This document shows, in pieces, positions 1 through 13,769 of a stretch of 64,000 nucleotides of DNA. Both the position numbers and the translations under genes were made by a program. The notes below the pieces were generated by a model. The model was not told the DNA's origin, searched no databases, and saw only the letters and a list, made by a program, of their open reading frames with translations. Position 1 is the first letter of the stretch. Each line of letters opens with the position of its first letter. The stretch comes from Octopus bimaculoides (taxonomy: Eukaryota), in NCBI RefSeq assembly GCF_001194135.2, contig NC_069001.1, positions 27,208,599-27,272,598 on the forward strand, given 5' to 3'.

Positions 1-378
1 CACATAGTGCATATGTTTGAAATTAATTGTTGTCCGAGTACACTCACTTATAAGCCAGGCACAAGCACATCTTAAAGTGTTGCACCAATGAACAATGCAG
101 ATGCTCGGGTGAAGGAAGAACTGCAGGTATCTCTCTGCTAAATCTTGTGTTTGTGCTTGGAACCGAAGAAACTACGAAAGTAACGATAACCACCAACGTG
201 ATATCCGGATCGTCGAAATTACAAGGAATAGGTTTGAAAGGACGGTTGTGTATTTTTGGCTGGAAGAAGTTTCTGCGAGTGAAACTCAATAAAACGTGCA
301 CAATGTATTCACTTTTCAGATGACCAACACCTTTCCCCAACAATGACCTAGTATTTGTTGTACCGAACAGAGATCAAA

Positions 379-419
<41 letters not shown>

Positions 420-680
420 AGACTTACGTGACAGCAACAGCTTAGAGTTCGTCTACAAATTGTGATTTTATAGGGCGCTGATTTATTATCTCGAGGATGT
501 CCATATGTATGTGAATATGTAAAACTCACTAATATACATAAAAGAGAAAACGATGATACTTGAAATTAGGTCATCAGCTTTCCTTCCAGGATTAGATGAT
601 GGAGTCTTCAAGTCTTCATTCTATTCCTTGCTTACATTTACATCCAAACGCACACGCGCGTGTATATATATATATATATA

Positions 681-929
681 TATATCTGTGTGTGTATTAT
701 ATATATATGTATATTATATATATATGTATATTATATATGTATATGTATATTATATATGTATATGTATATTATATATGTATATGTATATTATATATGTATA
801 TTATATATATATATATGTATATTATATATGTATATTATATATATATATGTATATTATATATGTATATTATATATATATATATATTATATATATATATATA
901 TTATATATATATGTATATTATATATATAT
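681..929. repeat. Compound TA-rich mini/microsatellite (GTATATTATATAT-like units) running into an N gap
   Basis: Repeated units are directly visible. They produce the spurious YI/IY ORFs in the track. Confidence 0.9.
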
Positions 930-1356
930 NNNNNNNNNNNNNNNNNNNNNNNNNNNNNNNNNNNNNNNNNNNNNNNNNNNNNNNNNNNNNNNNNNNNNNN
1001 NNNNNNNNNNNNNNNNNNNNNNNNNNNNNNNNNNNNNNNNNNNNNNNNNNNNNNNNNNNNNNNNNNNNNNNNNNNNNNNNNNNNNNNNNNNNNNNNNNNN
1101 NNNNNNNNNNNNNNNNNNNNNNNNNNNNNNNNNNNNNNNNNNNNNNNNNNNNNNNNNNNNNNNNNNNNNNNNNNNNNNNNNNNNNNNNNNNNNNNNNNNN
1201 NNNNNNNNNNNNNNNNNNNNNNNNNNNNNNNNNNNNNNNNNNNNNNNNNNNNNNNNNNNNNNNNNNNNNNNNNNNNNNNNNNNNNNNNNNNNNNNNNNNN
1301 NNNNNNNNNNNNNNNNNNNNNNNNNNNNNNNNNNNNNNNNNNNNNNNNNNNNNNNN

Positions 1357-1390
<34 letters not shown>

Positions 1391-2354
1391 GATGGGTGTG
1401 TTTCTAAATTGTGGTATTTTACAAAAGTCTCTTTGAATTTCTTCGAACACTTGATTTGTCTGAATTTCGTATTTCAACTATATTCCGCTCAGTCGTAAGG
1501 AAATATTGTTAATTACTTCTTCGTGAGTAATTTGCAATAAAATTATTCTTTGAAATTCATCATTACACGATATGTTCTCGTATGTGCATATATTCGCCTT
1601 TTGTCTTTATGTATATGTGCGCTAGTGCTTGTGAACCAACATATCGACATACAGAAATTCGCGTAAATAATATGAAATTGCGTTCACTTTCCAATTTGTC
1701 ACCATTTTAATATGGATAGATAGCAGGGAACAAGTACTGAGAACGTGTCTTTTGATGAAATTGTTAAGTGTGAAATATAATGAAATATGAATTATTAGAA
1801 TTGCGAACTAAATTAAATATGCACCAAGCTTCACTTGAATAATAAATATGTTGATATTAGAACACTTATGACTATGAGAAATATATAAAAAAATAAGTGA
1901 CATTTATGTTTGGGAAATGATTGTGATTATTATATACTGTCTAGCGGCGTTGGTTGAGCACAATAACACTGTATACCAGTTTGACCTCCATCTTCGGTTA
2001 TATAAATTATAGAAAGACTAAGAGTCACTCCTCATAACAACTAAGTGAATGTCTTCAAGTATTTTTCAGTAGTTTCTCTCTAGATATACGGCACAAGTGA
2101 ATGGACATAATTTCATCGCTATAAGTATTATTAAAGAATGATATAAAAGAAAAAAAAACACTTTTACTCAATTTATGAAATAATGTATAGAATAAAACGA
2201 CAATGATAAATCTTTCCTTGAGTTATTAATGGTCACGTAGTTCGTAAAGTTTAACTGATGACTTAGTTGTATTAAACAGATGTAAAACAAATCTATCTTT
2301 ACTGCATGGAATTATTTTAGAATTTCCAAAATACTGTCCGCCACATGAACATGG

Positions 2355-2566
2355 TGGTTTTAAATTTTGGTACAAGGCCAGTAATTTTGGGGGAGGGGTT
2401 AAGTCGATTACATCGACCCCAGTGCTCAACTGGTATTCATTTTATCGACTCCGAAAGAATGAAAGGCAAAATCGATCTCGGCGGAATTTGAACTCAGAAC
2501 GTAAAGACAGACAAAATAACGCTAAGCATTTTGCCCGGCGTGCCAACGATTCTTGCAACTCGCCAC
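2355..2566 (-). mobile_element. tRNA-derived SINE, family A
   Basis: Reverse complement of the shared core ttctgagttcaaattccgccgag.tcga.tttgcctttcat..tttcgg.gtcgataaa, found more than 10 times in the window. Confidence 0.85.
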
Positions 2567-3232
2567 TTTAGCAACAACAACAACAACAACAACATCCATA
2601 TCGATTTTGGTAACGCCTTTACGTTACCAAAATGCCACTAAGTATTTTCCTCGACGTGCTAGTGATTCTGTCAGTTCACCGCCTGTCTACATGCAAGATT
2701 TTGAAACCAGAAAAGAAAAATATAATTTCCTGTTAGCTAAAATTTTTGAATTGGTTTCCAATTTAGACACAACACAAGCAATATTGACTGGTGTCGGGGT
2801 CTCAGTCCATTACAATTAGCCCAATAGTTGACTGGTTATCTATTTTACCAATCTAGATAGCAGACAGCAAATTGATCTCGGCGAGATTTAAGTTATAACA
2901 CATCTTATATATTTCCTGTATAAATACTAATTTAACATGTCTCACATGAATGAACTGAAACAAATGCATATCGTTTCTTTCTTAACCTCTTTCTTTCTTT
3001 CTTTCTTTTTATTTAGAATGAAAACCTCAGATATATCAAAGGGTCATAATTAAGTAAACACATCATAAAGCCATCAGTTCGAATCTCAATCATTGTTACA
3101 TCTATAAGATGTTGCAACATTGCATAATTGAAAACACCTGCTAAAAGTAGACACTGTCTTAAGCATAAAGGAAATCAGCTGTGCTTCTGACACTGTAATT
3201 TATATAATCTATACTTACTGAGAGAGCTGAAA

Positions 3233-4323
3233 TTGTAGAGTTCATATTTTCGGCTGTAGGGCAAACGTCTCGACTTTGCAGTTCATAAACAAGCAATAGT
3301 CTCACTAATTACCAAGTCCGCAATGATCATGTTTGTTCCTACACTCATTCATGTATTTACATAAATATATGCAGACGTAAAAATAAATGCATATATATAC
3401 CTATGCGCAAATATATAATGAAATACATACACATATACATAAATATAAAGGCTGGAGGCATCGCTGTGGATAGTAGCTTTTACCACAGTTCTTTTACAAA
3501 TGCGTCTTGTATGTTACATACTGTGGGTGATTCTAGGAAATATTATGGGATAGAGACGTATTTCTTCAGCTCNNNNNNNNNNNNNNNNNNNNNNNNNNNN
3601 NNNNNNNNNNNNNNNNNNNNNNNNNNNNNNNNNNNNNNNNNNNNNNNNNNNNNNNNNNNNNNNNNNNNNNNNNNNNNNNNNNNNNNNNNNNNNNNNNNNN
3701 NNNNNNNNNNNNNNNNNNNNNNNNNNNNNNNNNNNNNNNNNNNNNNNNNNNNNNNNNNNNNNNNNNNNNNNNNNNNNNNNNNNNNNNNNNNNNNNNNNNN
3801 NNNNNNNNNNNNNNNNNNNNNNNNNNNNNNNNNNNNNNNNNNNNNNNNNNNNNNNNNNNNNNNNNNNNNNNNNNNNNNNNNNNNNNNNNNNNNNNNNNNN
3901 NNNNNNNNNNNNNNNNNNNNNNNNNNNNNNNNNNNNNNNNNNNNNNNNNNNNNNNNNNNNNNNNNNNNNNNCTTTCTAATGGTGAGCTGAAGAAATACGT
4001 CTCTATCCCATAATATTTCCTAGAATCACCCACAGTATGTAACATACAAGACGCATTTGTAAAAGAACTGTGGTAAAAGCTACTATCCACAGCGATGCCT
4101 CCAGCCTTTATATTTATGTATATGTGTATGTATTTCATTATATATTTGCGCATAGGTATATATATGCATTTATTTTTACGTCTGCATATATTTATGTAAA
4201 TACACGTATGAGTGTAGGAACAAACATGATCATTGCGGACTTGGTAATTAGTGAGACTATTGCTTGTTTATGAACTGCAAAGTCGAGACGTTTGCCCTAC
4301 AGCCGAAAATATGAACTCTACAA
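3233..4323. repeat. 340-bp near-perfect inverted repeat (3233-3572 / 3984-4323) around an N gap
   Basis: The right arm is the reverse complement of the left, with about 2 mismatches seen. The ORF track gives the same peptide on both strands. Confidence 0.9.
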
Positions 4324-4841
4324 AAGATTATCTTGATGACTGGAAGCTCAAGTTTCGCCTCACGACATATACACATATTCTACTAGTTGACTAAACTATA
4401 AGCGAGACTTGAATCACGAAACTTAGAATAGATTTGACTCTACACTCAACTTTGTCTTTGCGCCGCTGTAAATATTGTATAGCTTTAAAATGATTAACCT
4501 TAATTCATTATTTATATAGTCGTTCAATTTTTTTTTATATACGTCTGTGGCCATGGTGAGATATCGTCATGTCAGCCATCTTTTACTTTGCTATTAATGT
4601 ACATTTTAAATGAGAGTTCCAAGCTGTCACCTTCGTCATTGTCACCTGCTGTGAAGTGGTCTCGTCAGCGATTAAACACAGTAGCTTGTTTACATATTTG
4701 CTGTACGCATTGACACAACACATCACATATGTGTGTGTACTGAAGTTTGTGTATTCAAATATATGCATGTGACCACGGGCGAGAACGCACACTTAACTCA
4801 TACAGGCAGTCAGAAACACTCAAAAACTCGCATATGCGTGT

Positions 4842-4887
<46 letters not shown>

Positions 4888-5291
4888 AGTACATACTTGT
4901 ATGTACAGAGTGTGGTGAATAAACTGCCGTCTAAATTATGCAAAAATGAAAATAACACTNNNNNNNNNNNNNNNNNNNNNNNNNNNNNNNNNNNNNNNNN
5001 NNNNNNNNNNNNNNNNNNNNNNNNNNNNNNNNNNNNNNNNNNNNNNNNNNNNNNNNNNNNNNNNNNNNNNNNNNNNNNNNNNNNNNNNNNNNNNNNNNNN
5101 NNNNNNNNNNNNNNNNNNNNNNNNNNNNNNNNNNNNNNNNNNNNNNNNNNNNNNNNNNNNNNNNNNNNNNNNNNNNNNNNNNNNNNNNNNNNNNNNNNNN
5201 NNNNNNNNNNNNNNNNNNNNNNNNNNNNNNNNNNNNNNNNNNNNNNNNNNNNNNNNNNNNNNNNNNNNNNNNNNNNNNNNNNNNNNNNNNN

Positions 5292-5787
5292 TAATCCTTG
5301 CCTTGAATTCATCTTTGGTGTTACAAGGGGTTTTGTTGGATTCTCGCTCAACTGCGCCCCACACATAATAATGAAGGGGGTTTCAGTCTGGGGGTTAGTT
5401 GCCGAGAGTTTAGGGGTGATATGGTCGCAGAAATTGTCTAACGGCTATGACTGGGATCCCCTGCTTGTGTGACATGGTGTAGATATATGGTTTTCCAGCC
5501 GCCACCATCATGACCTACAGCAGCATTACCTCCTCCAGGCATTTGATCTAAGTCTCCGTGTTGAGGGTGAGACCGTGTGGGTAGATGAATCGAGCCATAG
5601 CATCACCATCCCTAGTCATCACTCAAAACACCATGATATTGACTGGATATTTGATTTTTATCACTCTTGTTACATGTCCTCATATAGCACTGTCATCAGA
5701 TTGTCACCCAAACACTGAAATATTCGTATTGGAGCTTCCAGCGCGAATGCCAAGCAGTTGAGTACGTCGTTTCCAAATTTGTGGCAT
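5292..5787 (-). mobile_element. Decayed, internally deleted Tc1/mariner transposase (maT/DD37D-like)
   Basis: Minus strand reads the N-terminus MPQIWKRRTQLLGIRAGSSNTNIS, then, after a large deletion, IMVF*VMTRDGD and PPD*NPLHYYVWGAVERESNKTPCNTKDEFKARI (SPDxNPLDYxVW-type motif). Subfamily assignment is from memory. Confidence 0.8.
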
Positions 5788-6884
5788 TTATATTTATAGA
5801 TATTTATTACACATTATTATATACATAGTACTGTAATTCAATTAACAATATTAGTGTTTAATCCTTTCTAGAATTAAGACTGAATGAATGTCGTGATATA
5901 TATGGTATGCTTATTCCTAAACAACACTTATGTTAGTAATGTTGACACCGCCGGTTTGAATGGTACTGCCCCAGGTGTCAAAGCCGTAGTGATATCCGTG
6001 GGACAGCTGATGATTGAGGCCTGTTGGATTGTTTGTATGGCTGTGCCGAATAGATTTCTAAGATATCTATGTGATACATTTATACACTTGCACACATGCA
6101 CAATATACACCATACCAACACATATGCACACATTTACACACACACACACATATATGTACATAGATATCTGAGTACAGAAGCGCACAAATATGGATCTGTA
6201 AGGGGATATGCCTGAGTATGTATGCGTCTGTGGTGTGTTAGAATATATTCTAATCGATCTATATGCAGTTATACTCTTACATCTGTTGAAACTCATTCTT
6301 TTCTCCCTTGTCTTTAGAAATCAGTAACGGGTCCAGCAAATGAACCATTGGTTTCCTGTAACTAAATACGCTACCATTCACTAATTACGATATAAAATAT
6401 ATTTAGAATAAAAATAAAATGGAAGAAACCTCTTTGATATCATCAATACTATTCTCAAAGATGCTGGTAGCCAAGCAAACTATTGTTCGTTATTTATCTA
6501 ACACTCCTTAAGTCTAGTTCAAACGATCATGTCATATCTCTGAACAATGCCCTTAACGGATGTTTCTGAAACACTAATAACATATTGAATTAAGAAGTTT
6601 GTTTATGTGGATTCCGCTGGAATTATGAGATTCAACCTTGTCATCAATAAACAAAATTATGTACACAGAAATATTATAAAAGTTTTGACAAATAACAAAT
6701 CGCCTACAGACATTCTCACAATCGTACTAAAGAGCACCACATGTTATGTATTCTCATAAACGAGCAAACACGCGAACTATATAGTGTGTGTGTGTGCGCA
6801 CACACACAAGCACATACAACACAGATAGGTCGCATACGCGCAATCATGTCTTTGTAAGCTTGTAAATATTTAAGAATAAGTCAC

Positions 6885-6918
<34 letters not shown>

Positions 6919-7271
6919 NNNNNNNNNNNNNNNNNNNNNNNNNNNNNNNNNNNNNNNNNNNNNNNNNNNNNNNNNNNNNNNNNNNNNNNNNNNNNNNNNN
7001 NNNNNNNNNNNNNNNNNNNNNNNNNNNNNNNNNNNNNNNNNNNNNNNNNNNNNNNNNNNNNNNNNNNNNNNNNNNNNNNNNNNNNNNNNNNNNNNNNNNN
7101 NNNNNNNNNNNNNNNNNNNNNNNNNNNNNNNNNNNNNNNNNNNNNNNNNNNNNNNNNNNNNNNNNNNNNNNNNNNNNNNNNNNNNNNNNNNNNNNNNNNN
7201 NNNNNNNNNNNNNNNNNNNNNNNNNNNNNNNNNNNNNNNNNNNNNNNNNNNNNNNNNNNNNNNNNNNNNNN

Positions 7272-7326
<55 letters not shown>

Positions 7327-7707
7327 ATACATATCTATATATATGTACGCACATACAAGCATATGTATGTATATGTGTGTTTCCCTTCAGTCGTCGTATC
7401 CTCGATAACATTACAAGTGATTGTCAAAACAAAACATGCATAAATATGAATTATGATAGTTACAGTTGCACTGTAGCACGTATCATCTTTCTCTGTTCTG
7501 TATCTCCCCGAGTGAGATAATTGCAGTTTATATGTAAATCAACGGTTATGTTGCTGAGTGATTGATTGTGGTAGGTTTATAATTTTACATCAAGTAGAAA
7601 GGAGATTCATAGAACAATAACACTGCAGCACAAACTCTCTCTCTTTCTCTCTATCTCTCTCTCTATATATCTCTCTCTTTATCTCTCTCTCTCTCTCNNN
7701 NNNNNNN

Positions 7708-7751
<44 letters not shown>

Positions 7752-8387
7752 ATATATAATCAAAATAAGCAACAAGGATATCCAGAGGTATATATGTAAA
7801 AGGTTGAAAAGGAACACACGAGTTGATATGTATAAGGAAAATAACGCAAGGTAGAAAATAATAAAATAATTTTATCATGAAGAACATTTTAGTAACGATT
7901 TCAGTCTTTACTAATTTTTCAACTTAGAGTAAAGCACAAAAACAATTAAATTGTGGAAAAATTAAATGAAATGACTTTTCAAAAAATATTTCCATAGTTT
8001 TCAAATGCAAGGGACATTTTACTTTTTTTTTGTCTGTCTTTGTCTCTTTTGTACTTTTCTGGGTTCTAGGTAGTTAGCAGCAGCTAGTTTGATATGAGTT
8101 CTTGCATTTGAATGTTTAAGCAGCAGTAGTAGTAGTAGAGAAACGAGGCGAAGAGGAAGAAGAATAATAATACAAATGCAGGAGTGGTATAACAGTAGCA
8201 GGATGTTGGTGGAATCTTCTTAAATGGTCATTTGATGTAAAAGTGACCTGTTGTCGTTGTAATAGTAGTGATTGGAATTGTTCTGAATAAATTCATGGGC
8301 AGTGACTGATTTGAATATATAGTTTTTAATATTTGCGTGGGTGTTATTCTAAGGCCCTGGTGATAGTGTCATTTGTGGTGGATGCAT

Positions 8388-8760
8388 TCAAAAGGCGTTT
8401 ATATTTTGTGATAAAGAATGACTCTTTACTAATGAGCTGATTACAGGTTGTATCGTCCCTGAAATGATAGGGGGGGGGGAAATTCTGAAGCTGAGTTGTT
8501 TGTTATTGGCGCAAATGTCGATGTTTTCGCTGAATGCTATTTTTCTGTTTTCCGGAAATTTGATCTGGGATCTGTGCAGAGCCATCCTTTAACGTAGACT
8601 GTTTTTTGGTTTGGCCTATGTATTGCTCTCGACACCCAGAGCAGGTTAATACACATATCAGGTTCTCCGAAGCATATGCGAAGTTGCTTTTCACTGTGAA
8701 ACGTTGACTCTGTTTATCACCTCTGAACGGAAGCCTATTACCATTCTCTCCATTAATATC
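8388..8760 (-). mobile_element. Penelope-like retroelement fragment (GIY-YIG endonuclease), frameshifted
   Basis: Reads FTVKSNFAYASENLICVLTCSGCREQYIGQT, then in another frame MALHRSQIKFPENRKIAFSENIDIC. This fits the PLE pattern NLIY..TC..C...YIGQT....RM..HR. Confidence 0.85.
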
Positions 8761-9764
8761 CGTTGTTTTGAAGAGATCTACTAGAATGGATCCCTCTAGC
8801 GCATGATCCGCGCTGTCTGAGGAGTAAAACCTTTCAGTGAGCATTTTGCACCATCGCTTTGTCACAAAGGGCGTTATTGAGTCACCATATAGATATTCCT
8901 GCGCTGTCTTGCGTTTACCTAGCTATCTGCTGTTTAAAACCTAGTTTTATTGATAATTCTTTCAGAATTCCTGTTTTGTTATTCACTCATTAACAAAACG
9001 CTTCTTGCAATAAATACGTCTGAATTAAAAACTTTTTTATTGGTCCTTAATATACAACTGCGGATCTCTAATTTACTATATTTCTTGCGTAGACCCTTCC
9101 CCTCTCACAAAAAGAACAACAACCTTACATGGAACCGCTACGGTTATATGGAATTCAATTCAGAACCACTAAAGTAGTCGCTTCATATTCTGGCAATCAA
9201 CAGGAAAGTCAACATATTTGTGTCATAAACGCTGCTTATGTTATACGTTGCTTCGAAGCGTTCTGAAAGAACGTATCAGTGGTTTGGGAATTGTTACACT
9301 CTATCCTTGGCTTATTGAATGTTAGACAGCTATTTGTATTTGCAAATATAAATTTCAGTTGATGCAAGCACTTATTCAATCGCATGTGTTGTATTCAGAT
9401 AATAGATGGAAAAATAACTCTAAGATTAGGCTATAGCACGCATGCGAAATAAACAGAATGGGAAGATTATTTGCAATATATGAAGTGAATGCTGTTTAAC
9501 ATTACTAACGCTGAAATGCATTGCTTTGATAAAAGTACTTTACACTGTTAAGATTGTACAGCAAGGAAACGGGAGAACGAAGTATCATACTGAAGGCCGG
9601 AAGCATGTTATCGATGTGTTATTATGAATGTTTTTCTTTCTCATCCTACACCTGCTTTTAACCTCTTAACACACATTTTTTTTTTCAATTTCCATAAACA
9701 AATATATTTTTTTATTATATATTTTGAATCTTTAAATAAGGAAGAATAAATACACAAGTTATTT

Positions 9765-10588
9765 GGATCTTTTCCCTTTGAACGGCAGATCGAGAAATTA
9801 ATTTTTTGTAACTAAACATTTGCAAACTTCGGAAACTGGTAGAATGTGTCATATAAAATATCTTTTACTCTTAGTGTTGTCGAGAAAAGTTTATAGTTTC
9901 AAAGTTATTTCGTGTTAAAGTAGTCGTATTTCGGTAATTTCAACCAATCAATGACGTGTGTTCAGCTGAATAAAATTACTGCCGTTGTTTTTCAGCAACA
10001 ACTATCGGCGGTGTATATTTCGTTTGTCACTGTTATTTATGACATCGTTTGTGTCTTTGTACTGGTTTTAGCTTTAGAGTTTTATGGTTAGGGTTTTAGG
10101 GTTAGGGTTGGGGTGTTAGTGTTAGAGTTACGGAAAAAAGTGAAAAATGAAGAAATTATAGGGGGAGGGAGGCAAAAAAGTATTTCCGAAAATAGTACCT
10201 GAACAAGAGGAAAAGAAAAACTAAAAGCAGTAGAAATGCATGAACGATTGTGGTAAACATGCTCCAGATACACTCGTTTATTCATACAAACATAACTGAG
10301 ATGAAATATGTCATAAATAACAGTGACAAACGAAATATACACCGCCGGAAGTTGTTTTTGACAAACAATAGCAGTAATTTTATTCAGCTCAATCGATGTC
10401 ATTGATTGGTTGAAATTACCGAAGTCCGACAACTTTAACACGCAATATATTTGAAAATGCAGAATTTTCTCAACAACGCCAAGAGTAAAAGATGTTTTAT
10501 GTGACACATTCTACCAGTATACGAAGCTTGAAAGTGTTTATTTACAAAAAATTAAGTTTTCGATTTGCCGGTCAAAAGGTAAAGATCC
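9765..10588. mobile_element. MITE-like non-autonomous DNA element with ~280-bp imperfect TIRs and a TTAGGG-like internal tract
   Basis: 9765-10045 is the imperfect reverse complement of 10308-10588 (e.g. actggtagaatgtgtca.ataaaa.atcttttactctt). No coding capacity seen. Confidence 0.75.
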
Positions 10589-12927
10589 AGTTATTTTCTA
10601 TCAGTTATGATTTATTCGTAAGTTACTGTTTGTTAATGGTAGAAAACAGGAATAACATCATGAATGAAGTATTTCGGGTTAGCAATAAGTGACACATGCC
10701 TCAGAGTACAGTGAGCGTATATTTTCGTTCATATATATATTAACTAGACATTTCTGAACGAAAATATACGAGATAATATGTTAAGAGGTTAATTCTTCTC
10801 GGCCTCCCATCCAACCTTTTTATTCCTCTAACATGCCCTCACCCATTTCTTTTCCACTCCCCCCACTTTTCTTCTTTGTCTCTTATCCAATTTCTATTTC
10901 CTTGTACTTTCTGTCTGAGTGCAAAGGTCTCGTTGTCTTGCGTTCATCATTTGCAGACAGTTTCTCAAACAAAGAATATGGCAAACTGCCGTTTTATTTT
11001 CATGTTTCTTTCTTGTAAATTTTAATATAGAAAAGGGGCTTTGACAGAAACGTTGGACATTTTACTCTACAATTTCACTCTTCTATCTCTATAGCGTTTC
11101 TAGAATCTTTAGAGCAATCTCTCTAACATGTTGTGTGAATTGACGTTGAAACAAGTGGATGTTACCGTTCATAGATGCAAGATTAATATGTATTACAACG
11201 ACATACATTTGCAAGACCACGAATAATTTCTTCCGAGTGCGTAAATATTTTAAATGGTGTAGCAATCCTAGTATAATTTTGGTTAAGTTTTGCTTTTATT
11301 GAATACGTAAGACGGAAGAGTGAAACAGATACATGCACAATCGTTGGTGATAAAGATAATTGAATTGGTTGCGGTTATTGGTGAGCAAACAATTTGAATA
11401 TTAGCAGTTATATACACTAATTACGACTAGAATTTATTTTATGTATATGTGTAGGTGGGGGGGGGAAATTTCTAAATGTTTATGAAAATAATAATATGAG
11501 TTTGGCTTACTAGAAGATTTATCTCGGGCAGATATTTAGCTGTATCGCATCACTTAACTCGTATGTTTTTTGGTGAATTGAAAAAATATTATAATAATAT
11601 TAAAATGCGTGAGAGAATGTATGTATCAGACATCTATTTTCAGTCGCCACGTCTCTCCTTTTAAGTGTTGATGTATGGAACATACTCAGATTTGTATGTA
11701 CCCTAACAATCAGGCTGACAAATATATAAGTATTTGGTAATCTGTGTACATATCTGGTCATACACATACATGCATACAAGCACGAACCCAGTAACTTAAA
11801 GATAACACAATTAGCAGTTTCACAAGGGCTTTGAATATGGTCATTATTTAGTGCCATGTGAATAAACGAAGAGTCTAAATGAAAGATTAAATCAAATGAA
11901 ATTTATAAGGATGCAATGAACAAGGAAAGGTATTTTCTGTAAGGTAACCCTCTTAAACCTTCCCCTACCACCAGAAAAAGGAAAACAGTTCGAAAAGCGG
12001 TGTATGGTCCATATGGCTGGCCGCTGACAAATTTGTTCCGCAAAATATGGATATTTTAACCGGTTCCTGCTGTTCTGTCAGCATTATCCTGCGTTTGAGA
12101 ATAAATTATTTCCTTACCTGTATCTTTCATCTTTCAATACATCTCTGCGCTTCTAAATATGCAAACTTTGTTTGTTTACATTTATCGCAATTTGAATTTT
12201 ATANNNNNNNNNNNNNNNNNNNNNNNNNNNNNNNNNNNNNNNNNNNNNNNNNNNNNNNNNNNNNTATATATATATTTTTTTTTTTCACACATACATAGTT
12301 TCAAACATGTATGCTGAAATGTATACCTATGTATCTATGCGCATATATATGCGTGTATGCGGATGCTTGTGTACATACCCGTAAGCGTATGTATGTATAA
12401 AGGTGAGCCGTTCCGTGTCCACCACAAACGTTTTACTTTTTCTGATTTTGTATGTTGGGGACTACATTATGGAGTATAAGCTATATTGAAGATAGTAGGG
12501 AGTAGATTTCTTTGTTATTACTTTTTTGCTGAGGGATACAGGAAGAGAGAGAGAGAGAGAGTAGAAGCCAAATACAGAGCTTAACTCTTAATTATGGTGA
12601 TGTCTAAAAGCATATTAATTTCTATAGACTGAATGCTGTGATGCTGATTATGGCACTTTAATTTGAAGTGTTCGTAAATGAAAAGAATTAATGGACGTGT
12701 TTAATTGCAACTGAAATGAATTATGAAACTAATAATAGAATTAAAATAAAGGTCGATGGAGACACAAAGAGAGAGAGAGGGGGAGAGGGGAAGATTAAAA
12801 GAGAAAAAGGGAGATAAATGCTGAGTGTTTATATTAGAGAACAATGCATCAACGCTAAAGATGATATTCAACTTAGCGTTGTATTAGATTTTATTTTAAA
12901 TACTTTTAATTTTTAATGATTCATGAA

Positions 12928-13087
12928 GGCAGCGAGGTGGCTATGTCGTTCGCAAGCCGGACATGTCGACTCTGCCATTCATCCTTTCTGTATTGATGAA
13001 ATAAGCACCGGATGAGTATTAAAGTCGATGTAATCGAATAGCCCACCCTCTCCAGCCAACATTTCGGGCCTTTTGCCTGTAAGAGAA
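12928..13087 (+). mobile_element. SINE family A, internally deleted and diverged
   Basis: gtcgactctgccattcatcctttc...gtcgatgtaatcgaatagc core. Confidence 0.7.
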
Positions 13088-13769
13088 AGTTTACATTACT
13101 CATACATTTAAAAGATTATTTCTTCCTGTCAAGATGTAGATTTTGTTGTTTCGATTGACATCAGATATAGACAAAAGATATCAGAGAAAATCCATCTTTC
13201 AATACATGTTTTTTTTTTTACTTTTTTCGTCAGTATATATATAGATATGTATAGTATTCTATGTGTCATTAACTTCTTAAGATGATACATTGATTAATGT
13301 TATCTCTGTTGTTAAACACCTATCATGCCATAGGGTGTATGTGACCAACGGGAAGCTTTCCCTACAAATTAATAAATTTGATTTAAAGAACGTCATATAT
13401 ATATATATATATTACGGAGATGTACTTGCATAGCAAGTGACCTGATCTGAGATCGTGTGCTAGAATGAAAACAATTGCAGCGTGGAAGGTGTTTATAAGC
13501 CATTTAAGAAACACACAAAAACCATTAGATTCACTTCAACATTTAAATTTGATTTGTGTCAAAATATTTTCGTCGCTTTGACACCGCGACCTGTTCACTG
13601 AAAAAATTCTGTGCTGCATATCTTTCTGTATATAAGTATATAGTTATAAAAATATAACTATAATTAGATGCTACTGGAAATAACCAGCGCCTGTGCTAGA
13701 AGTAGATGTCAAATACCTACAATCCACTCTAAAATTTGTTCTCTATATTCAACCACAGGTCGAATATAG

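Noticed and set aside
591-660. ccag|GA-LDDGVFKSSF, faintly like GluK2 SGLLDGFMT
   Set aside because: The similarity is too short, there is no convincing donor, and the frame runs straight into a microsatellite.
13394-13620. GC-richer stretch resembling a common interspersed repeat
   Set aside because: Only one copy in the window and no diagnostic motif, so it cannot be classified from sequence alone.
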